Origin: Pyrodictium abyssi
Lineage (GTDB): Archaea > Thermoproteota > Thermoprotei_A > Sulfolobales > Pyrodictiaceae
Reading direction: 5' to 3'
DNA length: 32,000 bases
NCBI RefSeq assembly: GCF_036323395.1
Contig: NZ_AP028907.1
Span: 1,500,001-1,532,000 of the forward strand
In this document: one piece after another, positions 1 to 9,504 of the stretch
Layout: every line of letters begins with the position of its first letter
Numbering within the stretch: position 1 is the first letter of the stretch
Translations under genes and position numbers: made by a program
Notes under the pieces: generated by a model
Told to the model about the DNA's origin: nothing
Databases searched by the model: none
What the model saw: the letters and a program-made list of their open reading frames with translations, nothing else

Positions 1-571
1 CTTCTGTGGCTGGCAAGCCGAGTCTACGAGAACGCCACACCTGGACACGATCCCATTTACTCCTGATCACGGCTACTACCACACCATAGCGTGTATCCTC
101 GAGTTTCACTACACTAGGGGCCTTCCTTAGCACTCTAACCCCTGCAGCCTCGCTGAGGAGACGTGCCAATACTCTATTCCATTTCTTCTCGTTGCCGCCT
201 ACTAGGAAGAAGCCACGTGGCTTTACCTCTAGGCCTAAAGCACCTCCTTCTATACGACCCTCTAGAGCTGGTATAAGAGTTTCCATAAAACGTCTTAGAT
301 GTGAATGGCTGTCTAATGAGACACGTACATTGATGATATGCTCGACTGGTACTATACGCTCGACAGTTGCAGGGGGCTCCCTGATAACCAGCCTAAAAGC
401 TTCGGTGGGGCTGAGTCTAGACGAAAGAACATAAAGTAACGGTGCGCAGTCTTCAATCCTTATTTCCACGTCCTCGTCATACTTGAAAAGCGCGTTACCT
501 AGCTCCTCTGCAGCGGCTGAGAGATGCCAAGGCTCTGCAGTTGCTACAAGCACTAACCTACGACCCTGCAT
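1..571 (-). CDS. Uncharacterised archaeal protein, possibly THUMP-domain-like; partial, C-terminal part runs off the left edge
   Basis: My minus-strand translation from the ATG at 569-571 is open to base 1: MQGRRLVLVATAEPWHLSAAAEELGNALFKYDEDVEIRIEDCAPLLYVLSSRLSPTEAFRLVIREPPATVERIVPVEHIINVRVSLDSHSHLRRFMETLIPALEGRIEGG...GLPATE. The composition looks like real protein. Absent from the supplied track, probably because it has no stop inside the window. The THUMP-like call is only pattern recognition. Confidence 0.75.
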   Translation of the reverse strand, partial: MQGRRLVLVATAEPWHLSAAAEELGNALFKYDEDVEIRIEDCAPLLYVLSSRLSPTEAFRLVIREPPATVERIVPVEHIINVRVSLDSHSHLRRFMETLIPALEGRIEGGALGLEVKPRGFFLVGGNEKKWNRVLARLLSEAAGVRVLRKAPSVVKLEDTRYGVVVAVIRSKWDRVQVWRSRRLGLPATE

Positions 572-731
572 GACATACAGCCACCATTGCTGCATCAGGT
601 ACATGGCTGGGAGGCAGCCGTGAATCCGCAAACAAGAGGTAATCAAAATATAGGACGCTAGCAGCTAGCGTGTTAGCGTGGTGTCTCAGCTAATAAATAG
701 TGCGTGTTCAAGTACGGCGGTTTGTACCTGC

Positions 732-2066
732 TTAGTAGCCGGATGTATATAGATACACTAATCCCTTGTATGCGAGTTTTCCTGCGTATATAGCATCGCC
801 TGCTAGCTCCTCCTCTATACGCAGCAGCTCATTGTACTTTGCTGTTCGTTCTCCCCTTGCGGGGGCGCCAGTCTTGATGAAGCCAGCCCGTAAACCTACA
901 GCTATATGGGATATCGTAGTATCCTCAGTCTCTCCGCTACGGTGGCTGACTATTACACGCATACCATTATACATAGCTGCACGGGCATAATCCATGGCCT
1001 CTGTCAGAGTTCCTATCTGGTTAACCTTAAGCAGTGCAGCATTAGAAGCGCCATGCTCTATGCCCTTCTTAAGCCGTTCTAAGTTAGTCACATAGAGGTC
1101 ATCGCCTACTATTAAGACCCTATTACCTATACGCCGGGTTAGCTCGGCATGTGCTTCAAAGTCCTCCTCGTAGAACGGATCTTCTATGCTCGCAATAGGA
1201 TATTCATTTACAAGACTAACGTAGTACTCTAAGAGCTCGTCTCTGGTGAGAGGCCTATCGTCAACAATGTACACGTTCTTCTCAGTGTCATAGAAGTGCG
1301 ACGCAGCAGCATCAAGAGCGAATAGTACTTCGTTACCGGGCGTATACCCGGCCCTAGATACAGCTTCGCGAAGGGCATCAAGCGCCTCTCTGTTACTCTT
1401 CATAGGAGGCGCATAGCCACCCTCGTCGCCAACATTCACCGCAATAGCCCCATAACGATCCTTCAGAACCTGCTTAAGCATATGATACACTTCAGCAGCT
1501 ATACGTATAGCCTCAGCGAATGTATCCGCGCCAACAGGCACTATCATGAACTCTTGGAATGTAAGCTCGTTGCCGGCATGGGCGCCGCCATTAATTATGT
1601 TGAGAAGGGGTGCCGGCAGGATAAAGGTGCCACCAGCACCGCCGAGGTACTCGTATAGAGGAACACCGGCAGTGTCTGCAGCAGCCTTAGCTACGGCTAG
1701 CGAAACCGCGACTATCGCGTTAGCTCCGAGCCTAGACTTGTTAGGCGTGCCGTCAAGCTGGCACATTATGAAGTCTATGAGTCTCTGCTTCCGCGAATCG
1801 AGACCACGTAGCCGTGGAGCAATTATATTGTTAACGTTATAAACAGCCCTACTAACACCCTTGCCGTTAAACTCTTTCCCGCCATCTCTGAGCTCGATAG
1901 CCTCGTGAAGACCCTTAGAAGCACCCGCAGGGGCTGCAGCGCGGCCAAAACCGCTACGCGTTACTACCTCAGCCTCGACAGTAGGATTGCCTCGAGAGTC
2001 TAGAATCATCCTGGCGCGTACATCCTCTATAACGAAGTCGTCCCGGAGCCTAGCTGGTAAACCCAT
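732..2066 (-). CDS. eno: Enolase (phosphopyruvate hydratase)
   Basis: 444 aa with enolase motifs: ARMILDSRGNPTVEAEV, GASKG, NIINGGAHAGN, LQEFMIVP-like (FQEFMIVPVGA), GDEGGYAP, SIEDPF, LLKVNQIGTLTEA, SHRSGETEDTTI. GAGGTG Shine-Dalgarno-like motif upstream of the ATG. Confidence 0.98.
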   Translation of the reverse strand: MGLPARLRDDFVIEDVRARMILDSRGNPTVEAEVVTRSGFGRAAAPAGASKGLHEAIELRDGGKEFNGKGVSRAVYNVNNIIAPRLRGLDSRKQRLIDFIMCQLDGTPNKSRLGANAIVAVSLAVAKAAADTAGVPLYEYLGGAGGTFILPAPLLNIINGGAHAGNELTFQEFMIVPVGADTFAEAIRIAAEVYHMLKQVLKDRYGAIAVNVGDEGGYAPPMKSNREALDALREAVSRAGYTPGNEVLFALDAAASHFYDTEKNVYIVDDRPLTRDELLEYYVSLVNEYPIASIEDPFYEEDFEAHAELTRRIGNRVLIVGDDLYVTNLERLKKGIEHGASNAALLKVNQIGTLTEAMDYARAAMYNGMRVIVSHRSGETEDTTISHIAVGLRAGFIKTGAPARGERTAKYNELLRIEEELAGDAIYAGKLAYKGLVYLYTSGY

Positions 2067-2106
2067 ATATCAGCACCTCATTCCCCGTCCTTGGGGGCTG
2101 TAAAGG

Positions 2107-2766
2107 GTGCGTATACTAATCGTTGGCGCAGGTAAACTCGGCTCGCTACTAGCCAAGAGGCTCTCAGAGAAGGGGCACGAAATAATAGTTATCGACAAGG
2201 ACGAGAAAAAAGCCAGAAAGGTGGCAGAAGAAGCAGACGTAGCATCGTACGCAAGAGACGCGACCGACCCATCAACCTACGATGAGGTTAACATAGCCAA
2301 CATAGATGTCGTGGTAGCCGCGACAAATAGGGATGAGGTCAACCTGTTCGCCGCGTTAATGGCCAGGGAATATGGCGTGCCCCGCGTAATAGTTAAGGTT
2401 AGGGATAGTAGGATAGCACAAATACTATCAAGAATAGGCATAGCCGAGCATATAGTAGTTGAGCCCCGGGTCATAGGCTCGATAGTTGAGGGCGTGATAG
2501 AGGGCAAGTATAACGTAGTAGAGCTAGTACCTGTCTACATAGGCGGGTTTAGACTGGTAACAATAACCATAGCTGAAGGCAGTAGCGTCGAGGGACAGCT
2601 CCTTGACGAGGTAAAGTATCCACGGCACGGAGTGAAAATACTAGCAGTATTTGATGGCGAAGAGTTCCACGACCCGGGCGAGATTCTACGCCTCGAGGCT
2701 GGCTATCAGATTATAGCGCTAGTTCGTGACGACATAGTGGAGGAATTCCTTGAAGCATTTAGATAG
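2107..2766 (+). CDS. trkA: TrkA-family potassium uptake regulatory / NAD-binding protein
   Basis: 219 aa; MRILIVGAGKLGSLLAKRLSEKGHEIIVIDKDEKKA (Rossmann TrkA-N), VVVAATNRDEVNLFAALMA, then a TrkA-C-like domain. GTG start. Confidence 0.92.
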   Translation: MRILIVGAGKLGSLLAKRLSEKGHEIIVIDKDEKKARKVAEEADVASYARDATDPSTYDEVNIANIDVVVAATNRDEVNLFAALMAREYGVPRVIVKVRDSRIAQILSRIGIAEHIVVEPRVIGSIVEGVIEGKYNVVELVPVYIGGFRLVTITIAEGSSVEGQLLDEVKYPRHGVKILAVFDGEEFHDPGEILRLEAGYQIIALVRDDIVEEFLEAFR

Positions 2767-2809
2767 TCTAGAAAGAGTCTGCATCCCTGCCTGGGGGTGC
2801 AACTGGAGC

Positions 2810-3664
2810 TTGTCATCGAATGTAACTGCCCAGACGCTGTCCGTAGATAATGTAACTAGCTTTATAAACCAGGCAATGATATTCGTGAAGGCGCAGTTGT
2901 TAACACCATTATTACAACTACTTATAGTCTTCGTAATAGTGTATCTGTTCTTGCGTGCTGTAAAATCGCTACTTCTACGCCTACAGAAACGCGACATAGT
3001 ATCGAGTACATTGTCCGAGCAAATCTACAGACTTGTATCCCTTGCTACATACGCGGTAACAATAATAACTCTAATCTACATGTTCACTAGCGCCCGAGAA
3101 GTAATATACATACTTATAGTCATATTAGCTGTAATACTACTCTCAAACTGGAGCATCATAGCGGATGTCTCGGCATATTACATAATGCTAGCTTTTAAGC
3201 AAAGCCATAGAGCGGCCACGCTTGTGGAACTACCCCGGCTCGGTATAAAAGGCAAGATAATAGGAACGGGGCTTTTCTATACACGTATTAGGACTCTGTC
3301 CGGTAAGATAGCCTATGTGCCGAACCATGTGATAGTAAGTGAGCCAATAGTACAGCTGACCAACGTTCAAAGCACAGTCATGCTAGAGATAGAAGTTGAC
3401 ACGCCGAGGCTAGAGAAAGGCAACCCAGTAGAATACCTTGAAAGGACAATTAGAAGCATACTCGGCGAAGCCCGGCTAGCTACGAGACCACAAGACGTCA
3501 CAGTACTAGTAACTAGTGCCGATAGCAACCGTATAAGGCTGGAGATCCATGTACCCGTAATGGGTGCAGAACCGAGACCAGCAACAATAAACAGTATAAT
3601 TGCTGAGCTCATCGACGAGCTAGGGGAATTGTCGCCATCCATAAAGTTGAAGCCTCTAGCCTAG
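2810..3664 (+). CDS. Mechanosensitive ion channel (MscS) family membrane protein
   Basis: ORF 2750..3664 contains several hydrophobic helices followed by a soluble region resembling MscS (GKIIGTGLFYTRIRTLSGKIAYVPNHVIVSEPIVQLTN). The TTG at 2810 is preceded by GGGGTG and is my preferred start; the ORF itself is open from 2750. Confidence 0.82.
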   Translation: MSSNVTAQTLSVDNVTSFINQAMIFVKAQLLTPLLQLLIVFVIVYLFLRAVKSLLLRLQKRDIVSSTLSEQIYRLVSLATYAVTIITLIYMFTSAREVIYILIVILAVILLSNWSIIADVSAYYIMLAFKQSHRAATLVELPRLGIKGKIIGTGLFYTRIRTLSGKIAYVPNHVIVSEPIVQLTNVQSTVMLEIEVDTPRLEKGNPVEYLERTIRSILGEARLATRPQDVTVLVTSADSNRIRLEIHVPVMGAEPRPATINSIIAELIDELGELSPSIKLKPLA

Positions 3665-3730
3665 GCCAGACGCAAGGCTATTAGTGGATGGCAGTACTGC
3701 TAACACCAATGCGGCAGGGGCAAGCTAACG

Positions 3731-4054
3731 GTGGTGACGATGCCAAGAGGGAAAAAGGATCCATATGTCTGCCCTAGGTGCGGTACCAGGACAGAGCCGA
3801 CCAAGACATGGCAGCTGGTTTCTCCATTTCCTGATGCAAAGGGCCGCATAACAATAACAGTAATGGGTAGCTTTGTATGCCCTGAGTGCGGCCACCGATG
3901 GAGAAGCGTAGTATCAAAGATTAAGGTGGGTGGTAGCGAGGTCGAGGTAGAATCCGGTAAAGGCGCTAAGGCGGCCATAAAGAATGAAAAGGAGAAGGAA
4001 GAGCGGAGAGGAGAGATAATAGAGATAGACATAGACGACATCGACGAAGAGTAG
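3731..4054 (+). CDS. Zinc-ribbon protein, uncharacterised
   Basis: 107 aa; YVCPRCGTRTEP...SFVCPECGHRWRSVVSKIKVGG (two CxxC knuckles) and an acidic tail. ATG at 3740 is an alternative start. Confidence 0.75.
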   Translation: MVTMPRGKKDPYVCPRCGTRTEPTKTWQLVSPFPDAKGRITITVMGSFVCPECGHRWRSVVSKIKVGGSEVEVESGKGAKAAIKNEKEKEERRGEIIEIDIDDIDEE

Positions 4055-4099
4055 CTGGGATAGGTTAACCCCCATAGAAATGAGCTTAGGGGTCTTTTA

Positions 4100-4585
4100 A
4101 TGGACGCCGAAATGAAGGCAACTCTGAAGACACTGGCAATCGTGGTAGCGATTGCCGCGGTACTAGTGCTGGCAAAGAATAGCATTGGAGAGAGACTAGG
4201 CATCTCTACGCCGTTCGTGGTAGTTGAAGGCTATAGCATGTTGCCTACGCTGTACAACGGCGACATAGTAATAGTTTATAAGCCATCCCCATATGACATA
4301 AAGATAGGGGACATTCTCGTATATCATAGTCTTAGAGGAGAACTAGTTATCCATAGAGTCATCAAAATAAATAGCGGCCCCGGCTGTAAGCCGCTCTGCT
4401 ATGTCACCAAGGGAGACAACAACCCGGTAGATGATGTTGCGCTCATGCTACAGCCGCGCCTAGGCATAAGCTACGACGAGGTAGTAGGTGTCGTGTACCA
4501 GATAGACCTGGACATCAATGGGAAAAACGTTGTTGCCCCGCTCCGCATCCCCTATCTGGGCCTTCTAAGCTTCATAGCGCGCTGA
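4100..4585 (+). CDS. Signal peptidase I (S26 family, archaeal/ER Sec11-like)
   Basis: 161 aa; N-terminal TM helix, VVEGYSMLPTLYNGDIVIVYKP (catalytic Ser region), GDILVYHS, LVIHRVI, YVTKGDNNPVDD. Confidence 0.93.
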   Translation: MDAEMKATLKTLAIVVAIAAVLVLAKNSIGERLGISTPFVVVEGYSMLPTLYNGDIVIVYKPSPYDIKIGDILVYHSLRGELVIHRVIKINSGPGCKPLCYVTKGDNNPVDDVALMLQPRLGISYDEVVGVVYQIDLDINGKNVVAPLRIPYLGLLSFIAR

Positions 4586-6674
4586 AGGGACACTTGCCCT
4601 GTTTAACAAAGTATGCGGCTACCTCGCGGACCCAGCGACCCGCTGAACTAAGCTGCGCCATCTTTTGCAGAAACTCGAGGCAGTCGACGCCAGCCCTTCT
4701 ACGCCATTCCATATAGCCTTGGAGTAGCCTCTGAAGCGCCTCTTGGTGGAAACGACATAGTCCTGCTTCTGTGGCCTCACGCTGGCATATAATGCAAGTA
4801 TTCCTAGGTTTTATAATATTGAGGGCCTTGGCGAGTTCCATGCCCACGGACTCCATGGCGCCCTTCTTAAACTCTGCTAGAATTGAGCTAAGAAGACGCT
4901 TAGCCTCATCTATGACTGCTGAGCGGCTAGTCTTACGAGCTCTAATAGCCTCAAGGTGCTCCTCGAAGTATCTAGTAAGTTCTACGCTAGTAAGCTGTGG
5001 GAAGTACCTGGCCAGAACCCAGGCTACAGCGTAGCCTAGCTCCGTAACTTCTATTCTCTTGCCCCGGCTAGCAAGGTAGCCACGCTCAAACAAGAGCTCC
5101 ACAATCCTAGCCCTTGTAGCCTCTGTGCCAATACCCACACGCTCCATCCATTTGACGAGCGACGCTTTAGTGTACGGCTCAGGAGGGCCACTGTAAGCTA
5201 TACGCACAGAGACCCTCTTAACATCAACGATATCGCCCACTCTAAGCCGTGGTATCTGGCTCTCTTTCGGTGCTGCGAAGTAGTAGATTCTCAGCCAGCC
5301 ATGGTCCAGTATGCGCAGCCCCGATAACTCGAGAGAACCTATGCCCGTGGCGGCTAGCCTGGCGTGAGCCCTAGCCAGTATGGCGGGGGGTGCCATAGAA
5401 GCTAGGAACCGCCTCACTATGAGATCGTATATTCTCTTCTGTGCGCCGGTTAGCGGTGTGGATGGCACCTCTCCAGTAGGATGTATGGCTGGATGGGCAG
5501 GGTCGTCTTTAGGGCCATTACGCGGGCGAAGGATGCCACCGGTTGCGCGGAGAAGATAGCCGACTAGGTTGTGGTACTCGCTAATTCTTGCTAGGTTCCT
5601 AACTATGGTGGCCACATCTACGGATTCCGGTATTTTCTGGCTATTCGTACGAGGATAGCTTATCAGCCCCTCTAGATATAGTTGCTCGGCAACGCGCTGT
5701 GTAAACATAGGGCTATAGCCGAAGAGCCTAGCAGCCTCGGCCTGTAGGTCACCAAGATTAAACGGGTAAGGCGGGAGAAGTCTTTCTCTCCATTCCCGGT
5801 AAGATACCACCTTAAGGAAGCGGGCCCGTCTCAGCTTCTCGGCAGCTTTTAGTGCATCTTGCCGCGTCTCATATACAGCTAGACGTCCAGTATGCTTGTA
5901 GTCGCCGAGAGCTATAGTAACGTTGACTGCAAAGCTAGGCAGGGGGACAAATAAGTTGATTTCTTTGTCTCTTGTAACGGCTTCAATGAGCGTGGGAGAC
6001 TGGACTCTTCCAGCACTTAGAACTACACGTCTACCGGTTACACGGCTGACCGAATCCATAAGCGCTCTGCTAACATTGACTCCCCATATCCAATCTAGCT
6101 CGTGCCTAGCAAGTCCTGCTTCTATCATATCCCAGTCTAGCGGCTCTAGACGCCTAAAGGCCCGCTGGATATCTTGCCGCGTCAGGGCACTGAACTTGGC
6201 TCTATACGCCCTCTTGACGTCGCCAAGACTCTTTATAATCATATAGCCTATCACGCTACCCTCTATATCGTAGTCGCAAGCATTAATGAACACAGTGGCT
6301 CTGCCGGCAAGCTTCTCAAGAACCTCAAAGAAACGCTTAGTATACGACGCGCTACCGTCTATGCGCCATAGGGGTGCCCAGTAGTAGCTGAAGACAGGAA
6401 ACCCTCTTTCATCCGTTGTGAGCCCGAACAAGTGGCCGGCGGCAGAAGCTATTACATGTAGGCGCCCATTCCACGAGACAAGCCAGTAGGGAACCTTGCC
6501 AAGACGGCACAGCTTAGGCCTAGTACTATTGGACAGAGCCTCCGCTATCTTGCGTGCCGCCTTAGGCTTCTCAGCTATGACAAGGACGTAACCATGCCCG
6601 GCTGTGCAGCCAGCGCTGCTTCTACTCCGCCCTAGGCGTCTACGCGCCATAACCTTGCTGCTCCCTCGCAACAC
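4572..6674 (-). CDS. topA: Type IA DNA topoisomerase (archaeal topoisomerase I/III-like)
   Basis: 700 aa; YVLVIAEKPKAARKIAEAL (TOPRIM), NACDYDIEGSVIG, LSAGRVQSPTL, GLISYPRTNSQKIPES (active-site Tyr region), HPAIHPTG. The true start may be internal, since the first ~28 aa precede the TOPRIM start. Confidence 0.94.
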   Translation of the reverse strand: MLRGSSKVMARRRLGRSRSSAGCTAGHGYVLVIAEKPKAARKIAEALSNSTRPKLCRLGKVPYWLVSWNGRLHVIASAAGHLFGLTTDERGFPVFSYYWAPLWRIDGSASYTKRFFEVLEKLAGRATVFINACDYDIEGSVIGYMIIKSLGDVKRAYRAKFSALTRQDIQRAFRRLEPLDWDMIEAGLARHELDWIWGVNVSRALMDSVSRVTGRRVVLSAGRVQSPTLIEAVTRDKEINLFVPLPSFAVNVTIALGDYKHTGRLAVYETRQDALKAAEKLRRARFLKVVSYREWRERLLPPYPFNLGDLQAEAARLFGYSPMFTQRVAEQLYLEGLISYPRTNSQKIPESVDVATIVRNLARISEYHNLVGYLLRATGGILRPRNGPKDDPAHPAIHPTGEVPSTPLTGAQKRIYDLIVRRFLASMAPPAILARAHARLAATGIGSLELSGLRILDHGWLRIYYFAAPKESQIPRLRVGDIVDVKRVSVRIAYSGPPEPYTKASLVKWMERVGIGTEATRARIVELLFERGYLASRGKRIEVTELGYAVAWVLARYFPQLTSVELTRYFEEHLEAIRARKTSRSAVIDEAKRLLSSILAEFKKGAMESVGMELAKALNIIKPRNTCIICQREATEAGLCRFHQEALQRLLQGYMEWRRRAGVDCLEFLQKMAQLSSAGRWVREVAAYFVKQGKCPFSAL

Positions 6675-6780
6675 TCGGCCAACATCCCTAACACGCTACA
6701 TGACACGAGTACTCGCATGAGGCTGCCTCGGGATCATCAGTATACCCAAGCTAGCCCCGGGGCCCGCTCTAGAGAAAACA

Positions 6781-6793
6781 GGGCCAAAAGCCC
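6781..6793 (-). terminator. Possible terminator hairpin downstream of rpoK
   Basis: On the minus strand: GGGC-TTTTG-GCCC followed by TGTTTTCTCT, about 40 nt past the rpoK stop. Confidence 0.35.
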
Positions 6794-6830
6794 AGGAGGG
6801 GTCTGGAACACTGTTGAATGGTCACAAGCT

Positions 6831-7145
6831 CTAGTGTATACGGAGACGAAGCTTGTCGAGTTCTACTAGCCATTTCAAAGGTATCGGCTGGACGTCGCCA
6901 CGCCTAGTATAGCGTATGATAGTCATAGGTAGAACCCCAGCCTCTAGCTCCTTCTTTGCTAGCAGCACCGGGTCCTCCCTAACATGCTGGGGCTCCTGCT
7001 CTGTGTCAATAAGTACAGGTGCGCCCATGCTTATCTGAAGCGCCCTAACGCCTATGACTCTTGCACGCTCGAAACGAGTAAGCCAAGGGGGCCCGATCTT
7101 TATCATCTTCTTGAGCTCGCTAATGCTGTGCTCCTGGGCTGACAT
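6831..7145 (-). CDS. rpoK: DNA-directed RNA polymerase subunit K (Rpb6/omega homologue)
   Basis: 104 aa; [57 protein letters not shown] matches the Rpb6/RpoK signature. Confidence 0.93.
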   Translation of the reverse strand: MSAQEHSISELKKMIKIGPPWLTRFERARVIGVRALQISMGAPVLIDTEQEPQHVREDPVLLAKKELEAGVLPMTIIRYTRRGDVQPIPLKWLVELDKLRLRIH

Positions 7146-7304
7146 GCTCTCCCCCGCAGACTAGACGCAAAACGCTAGGAGCAGTATAAAAGAATAGGAC
7201 TCTACCAGCACGAGTATATGTGGGAACCCGAAAACAAGCTAGAATGCATTAAGACGTGTACTGTAAAAACAAGCAACTTGTTAGACTAGAGTGCTAAAAG
7301 GGTG

Positions 7305-8972
7305 TTAGTCTTCCTTGCCCTTCTTGCCCTTCTTCTCCTCGGTCTTCGGCGCAGCGGCAATCACGTCGTCTATCTTCAGTATCGCTGTGGCAGCCTCAGT
7401 AGCGCTCTTAAGCACCTGCTCCTTGACCAGTATCGGCTCTATCACGTTGATCTTTGTCATGTCCTCCTCTATCTTGCCGTTTATGGCGTCGATGCCGGCG
7501 AAGGTCTTGCCCTCAGCGTGTAGCCTCCTTAGGTCCATTAGCGCCTGGAGAGCGTCCATGCCAGCGCTCTCTGCTAGCACCATTGGTATCTCCTCAAGGG
7601 CGTCAGCGTAGGCCTCTACTGCTAGCTGCTCCTTTCCGCCTAGGCTCTCAGCGAACTTCCTAAGCCTTAGTGCTAGCTCTACCTCTACAGCGCCGCCGCC
7701 AGGTACTATCATTGGCTTCCTTAGCACATTGCGGAGCACGTGGAGCGCGTCGTTTAGGCTTCTCTCAGCCTCGTCTAGCACCATATCGTTGGCGCCGCGT
7801 ATGAGTATTGTTACTGCCTTGGGGTTGGGGCAGCCCTCTATGAACACCATCTTATCGTTGCCGACCTTTCTCTCCTCTACTAGCTTGGCGAAGCCTAGGT
7901 CTTCAGGCTTTAGGTCGCGGAGGCTGCTCACTATCTTACCGCCGGTCGCATACTCTAGCTTCTCTAGATCGCTCCTCTTTACTCTTCTTACTGCCATTAT
8001 GCCCTTCTTGGCTAGGAAGTGCTGGGCTACCTCGTCGATACCCTTCTGGGTTATCACTACTATGCCAGCCTTCTCCGGGTCCACACCATCCTTCTTCATA
8101 CGCTCAACAGCAACACTATAGATCTTCTCGACCATCTCGCGTAGTAGGCGTGCCTCCTCGTCTAGGAAGGCCTTGATCTGCTCTGGAGATGTTATGTTGA
8201 TCTTAGCAGTTATCTCTGGCTTCTCGACCTCTAGTGGGGCGTCGAGGAGCACTATGTAAGCGTTCTCAATCCTCTTAGGCATGCCGGGGTGTACTACCTC
8301 CTTGTCGAGCACAATGCCCTCTACTAGCTGGCTGTCGAGTAGGCTGCCGCCCTTCTTCTTCTCAATCTTTATCCTGTCTAGGCGTACCTCGTAGGTGCCG
8401 TCGCCCTTGGGCTCTGCAACGCGTAGTACGGCCTCTACTGCCATGTCTGTCAGCTTGTCCATTGTAGCGCCGCTGCCGACATACTTGCTGTAGAGGCTTG
8501 TAGAGGCTATCCTCTTCAGCAGCTGGCGGTCGTTAATGTCAACCTTCACTGCTATCTTGGCTAGCTCCTTGAGGGCAAAGTCTAGGGCCTTCTTGTAGCC
8601 CTCGATTATCGTTGTTGGGTGTATGTTCTCGTCTAGTAGGTTCTCAGCTCTATCGAGTAGCATGCCGGAGAGGACTACAGCGCTGGTAGTGCCGTCACCT
8701 ACCTCTGCGTCCTGCGCCTTTGCCACCTCTACTAGTAGCTTGGCAGCGGGGTGCTGTATCTCCATCTCCTTTAGTATTGTGGCACCGTCGTTGGTTATGG
8801 TTACGTCGCCGAAGCTGTCTACTAGCATCTTGTCGAGGCCGCGTGGGCCTAGACTGCTCTTGAGGACCTCAGCGAGCACCTTTGCAGCTAGTATGTTGTT
8901 GCGTAGAGCCTCCCTACCGTATACCCTCTGGGTACCCTCCTTTAGAACTAGCACTGGTACGCCGAGCGCCAT
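7305..8972 (-). CDS. thsA: Thermosome (group II chaperonin) subunit
   Basis: 555 aa; [65 protein letters not shown]; [14 protein letters not shown]; Lys/Glu-rich tail. The A versus B subunit cannot be decided here. Confidence 0.97.
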   Translation of the reverse strand: MALGVPVLVLKEGTQRVYGREALRNNILAAKVLAEVLKSSLGPRGLDKMLVDSFGDVTITNDGATILKEMEIQHPAAKLLVEVAKAQDAEVGDGTTSAVVLSGMLLDRAENLLDENIHPTTIIEGYKKALDFALKELAKIAVKVDINDRQLLKRIASTSLYSKYVGSGATMDKLTDMAVEAVLRVAEPKGDGTYEVRLDRIKIEKKKGGSLLDSQLVEGIVLDKEVVHPGMPKRIENAYIVLLDAPLEVEKPEITAKINITSPEQIKAFLDEEARLLREMVEKIYSVAVERMKKDGVDPEKAGIVVITQKGIDEVAQHFLAKKGIMAVRRVKRSDLEKLEYATGGKIVSSLRDLKPEDLGFAKLVEERKVGNDKMVFIEGCPNPKAVTILIRGANDMVLDEAERSLNDALHVLRNVLRKPMIVPGGGAVEVELALRLRKFAESLGGKEQLAVEAYADALEEIPMVLAESAGMDALQALMDLRRLHAEGKTFAGIDAINGKIEEDMTKINVIEPILVKEQVLKSATEAATAILKIDDVIAAAPKTEEKKGKKGKED

Positions 8973-9035
8973 GGCTTACACCTCTAGGCGTCCCTTATGT
9001 CCTTGTGTCCGTGTGTAGGTTGCCTTCAGAGGGCT

Positions 9036-9046
9036 TCTATATAAAC
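9036..9046 (-). promoter_or_regulatory. TATA box for the thermosome gene
   Basis: Minus strand reads GTTTATATAGAAG about 65 nt upstream of the thermosome ATG. GAGGTG Shine-Dalgarno-like motif before the ATG. Confidence 0.6.
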
Positions 9047-9129
9047 CTTACTGTTCGTGGTCTTGTGGTGTGCAATGAATGTGTTGGTGTGCACAACTTT
9101 GGCTGCTATGGGTAGAAGCGGGTGATGTG

Positions 9130-9504
9130 TTAGAAGCGTAGCGAGAGCCCCAGCTTCGCAGGACTTGTATTACGGCTGCGAAGAGCATATAGTATACCTC
9201 GACGGATGGCGTACTTATCGCTCTGATAGTTGTAGAAGAAGCCTATTTGTTCCCAGATCTTCTCGCCTTCGAAGTAGAGCTGGAGTCTCGGTATTGATGA
9301 GGCATACTGGTTCACAACAGAGGGGGCTACTGCGGCATCAACTCTAGCAACCGCTATTATAGGCTCAACAGCGTACGCTATGTCCTCCATTATGCTTGCT
9401 AGGTACCTGCCAGTAGGGCTACGAGAATCATAGAAGAGTACAAGCACTATACGCGAAGACTCTATTAGGCTCTCAAACTCGTCGAGCGCTCGAACCTCCA
9501 GCAT
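9130..9504 (-). CDS. Thioredoxin-fold protein without canonical CxxC active site
   Basis: 124 aa; IVLVLFYDSRSPTGRYLASIMEDIA and SSIPRLQLYFEGEKIWEQIGF resemble the thioredoxin active-site strand and the cis-Pro/strand region, but the cysteines are absent. Confidence 0.7.
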   Translation of the reverse strand: MLEVRALDEFESLIESSRIVLVLFYDSRSPTGRYLASIMEDIAYAVEPIIAVARVDAAVAPSVVNQYASSIPRLQLYFEGEKIWEQIGFFYNYQSDKYAIRRGILYALRSRNTSPAKLGLSLRF

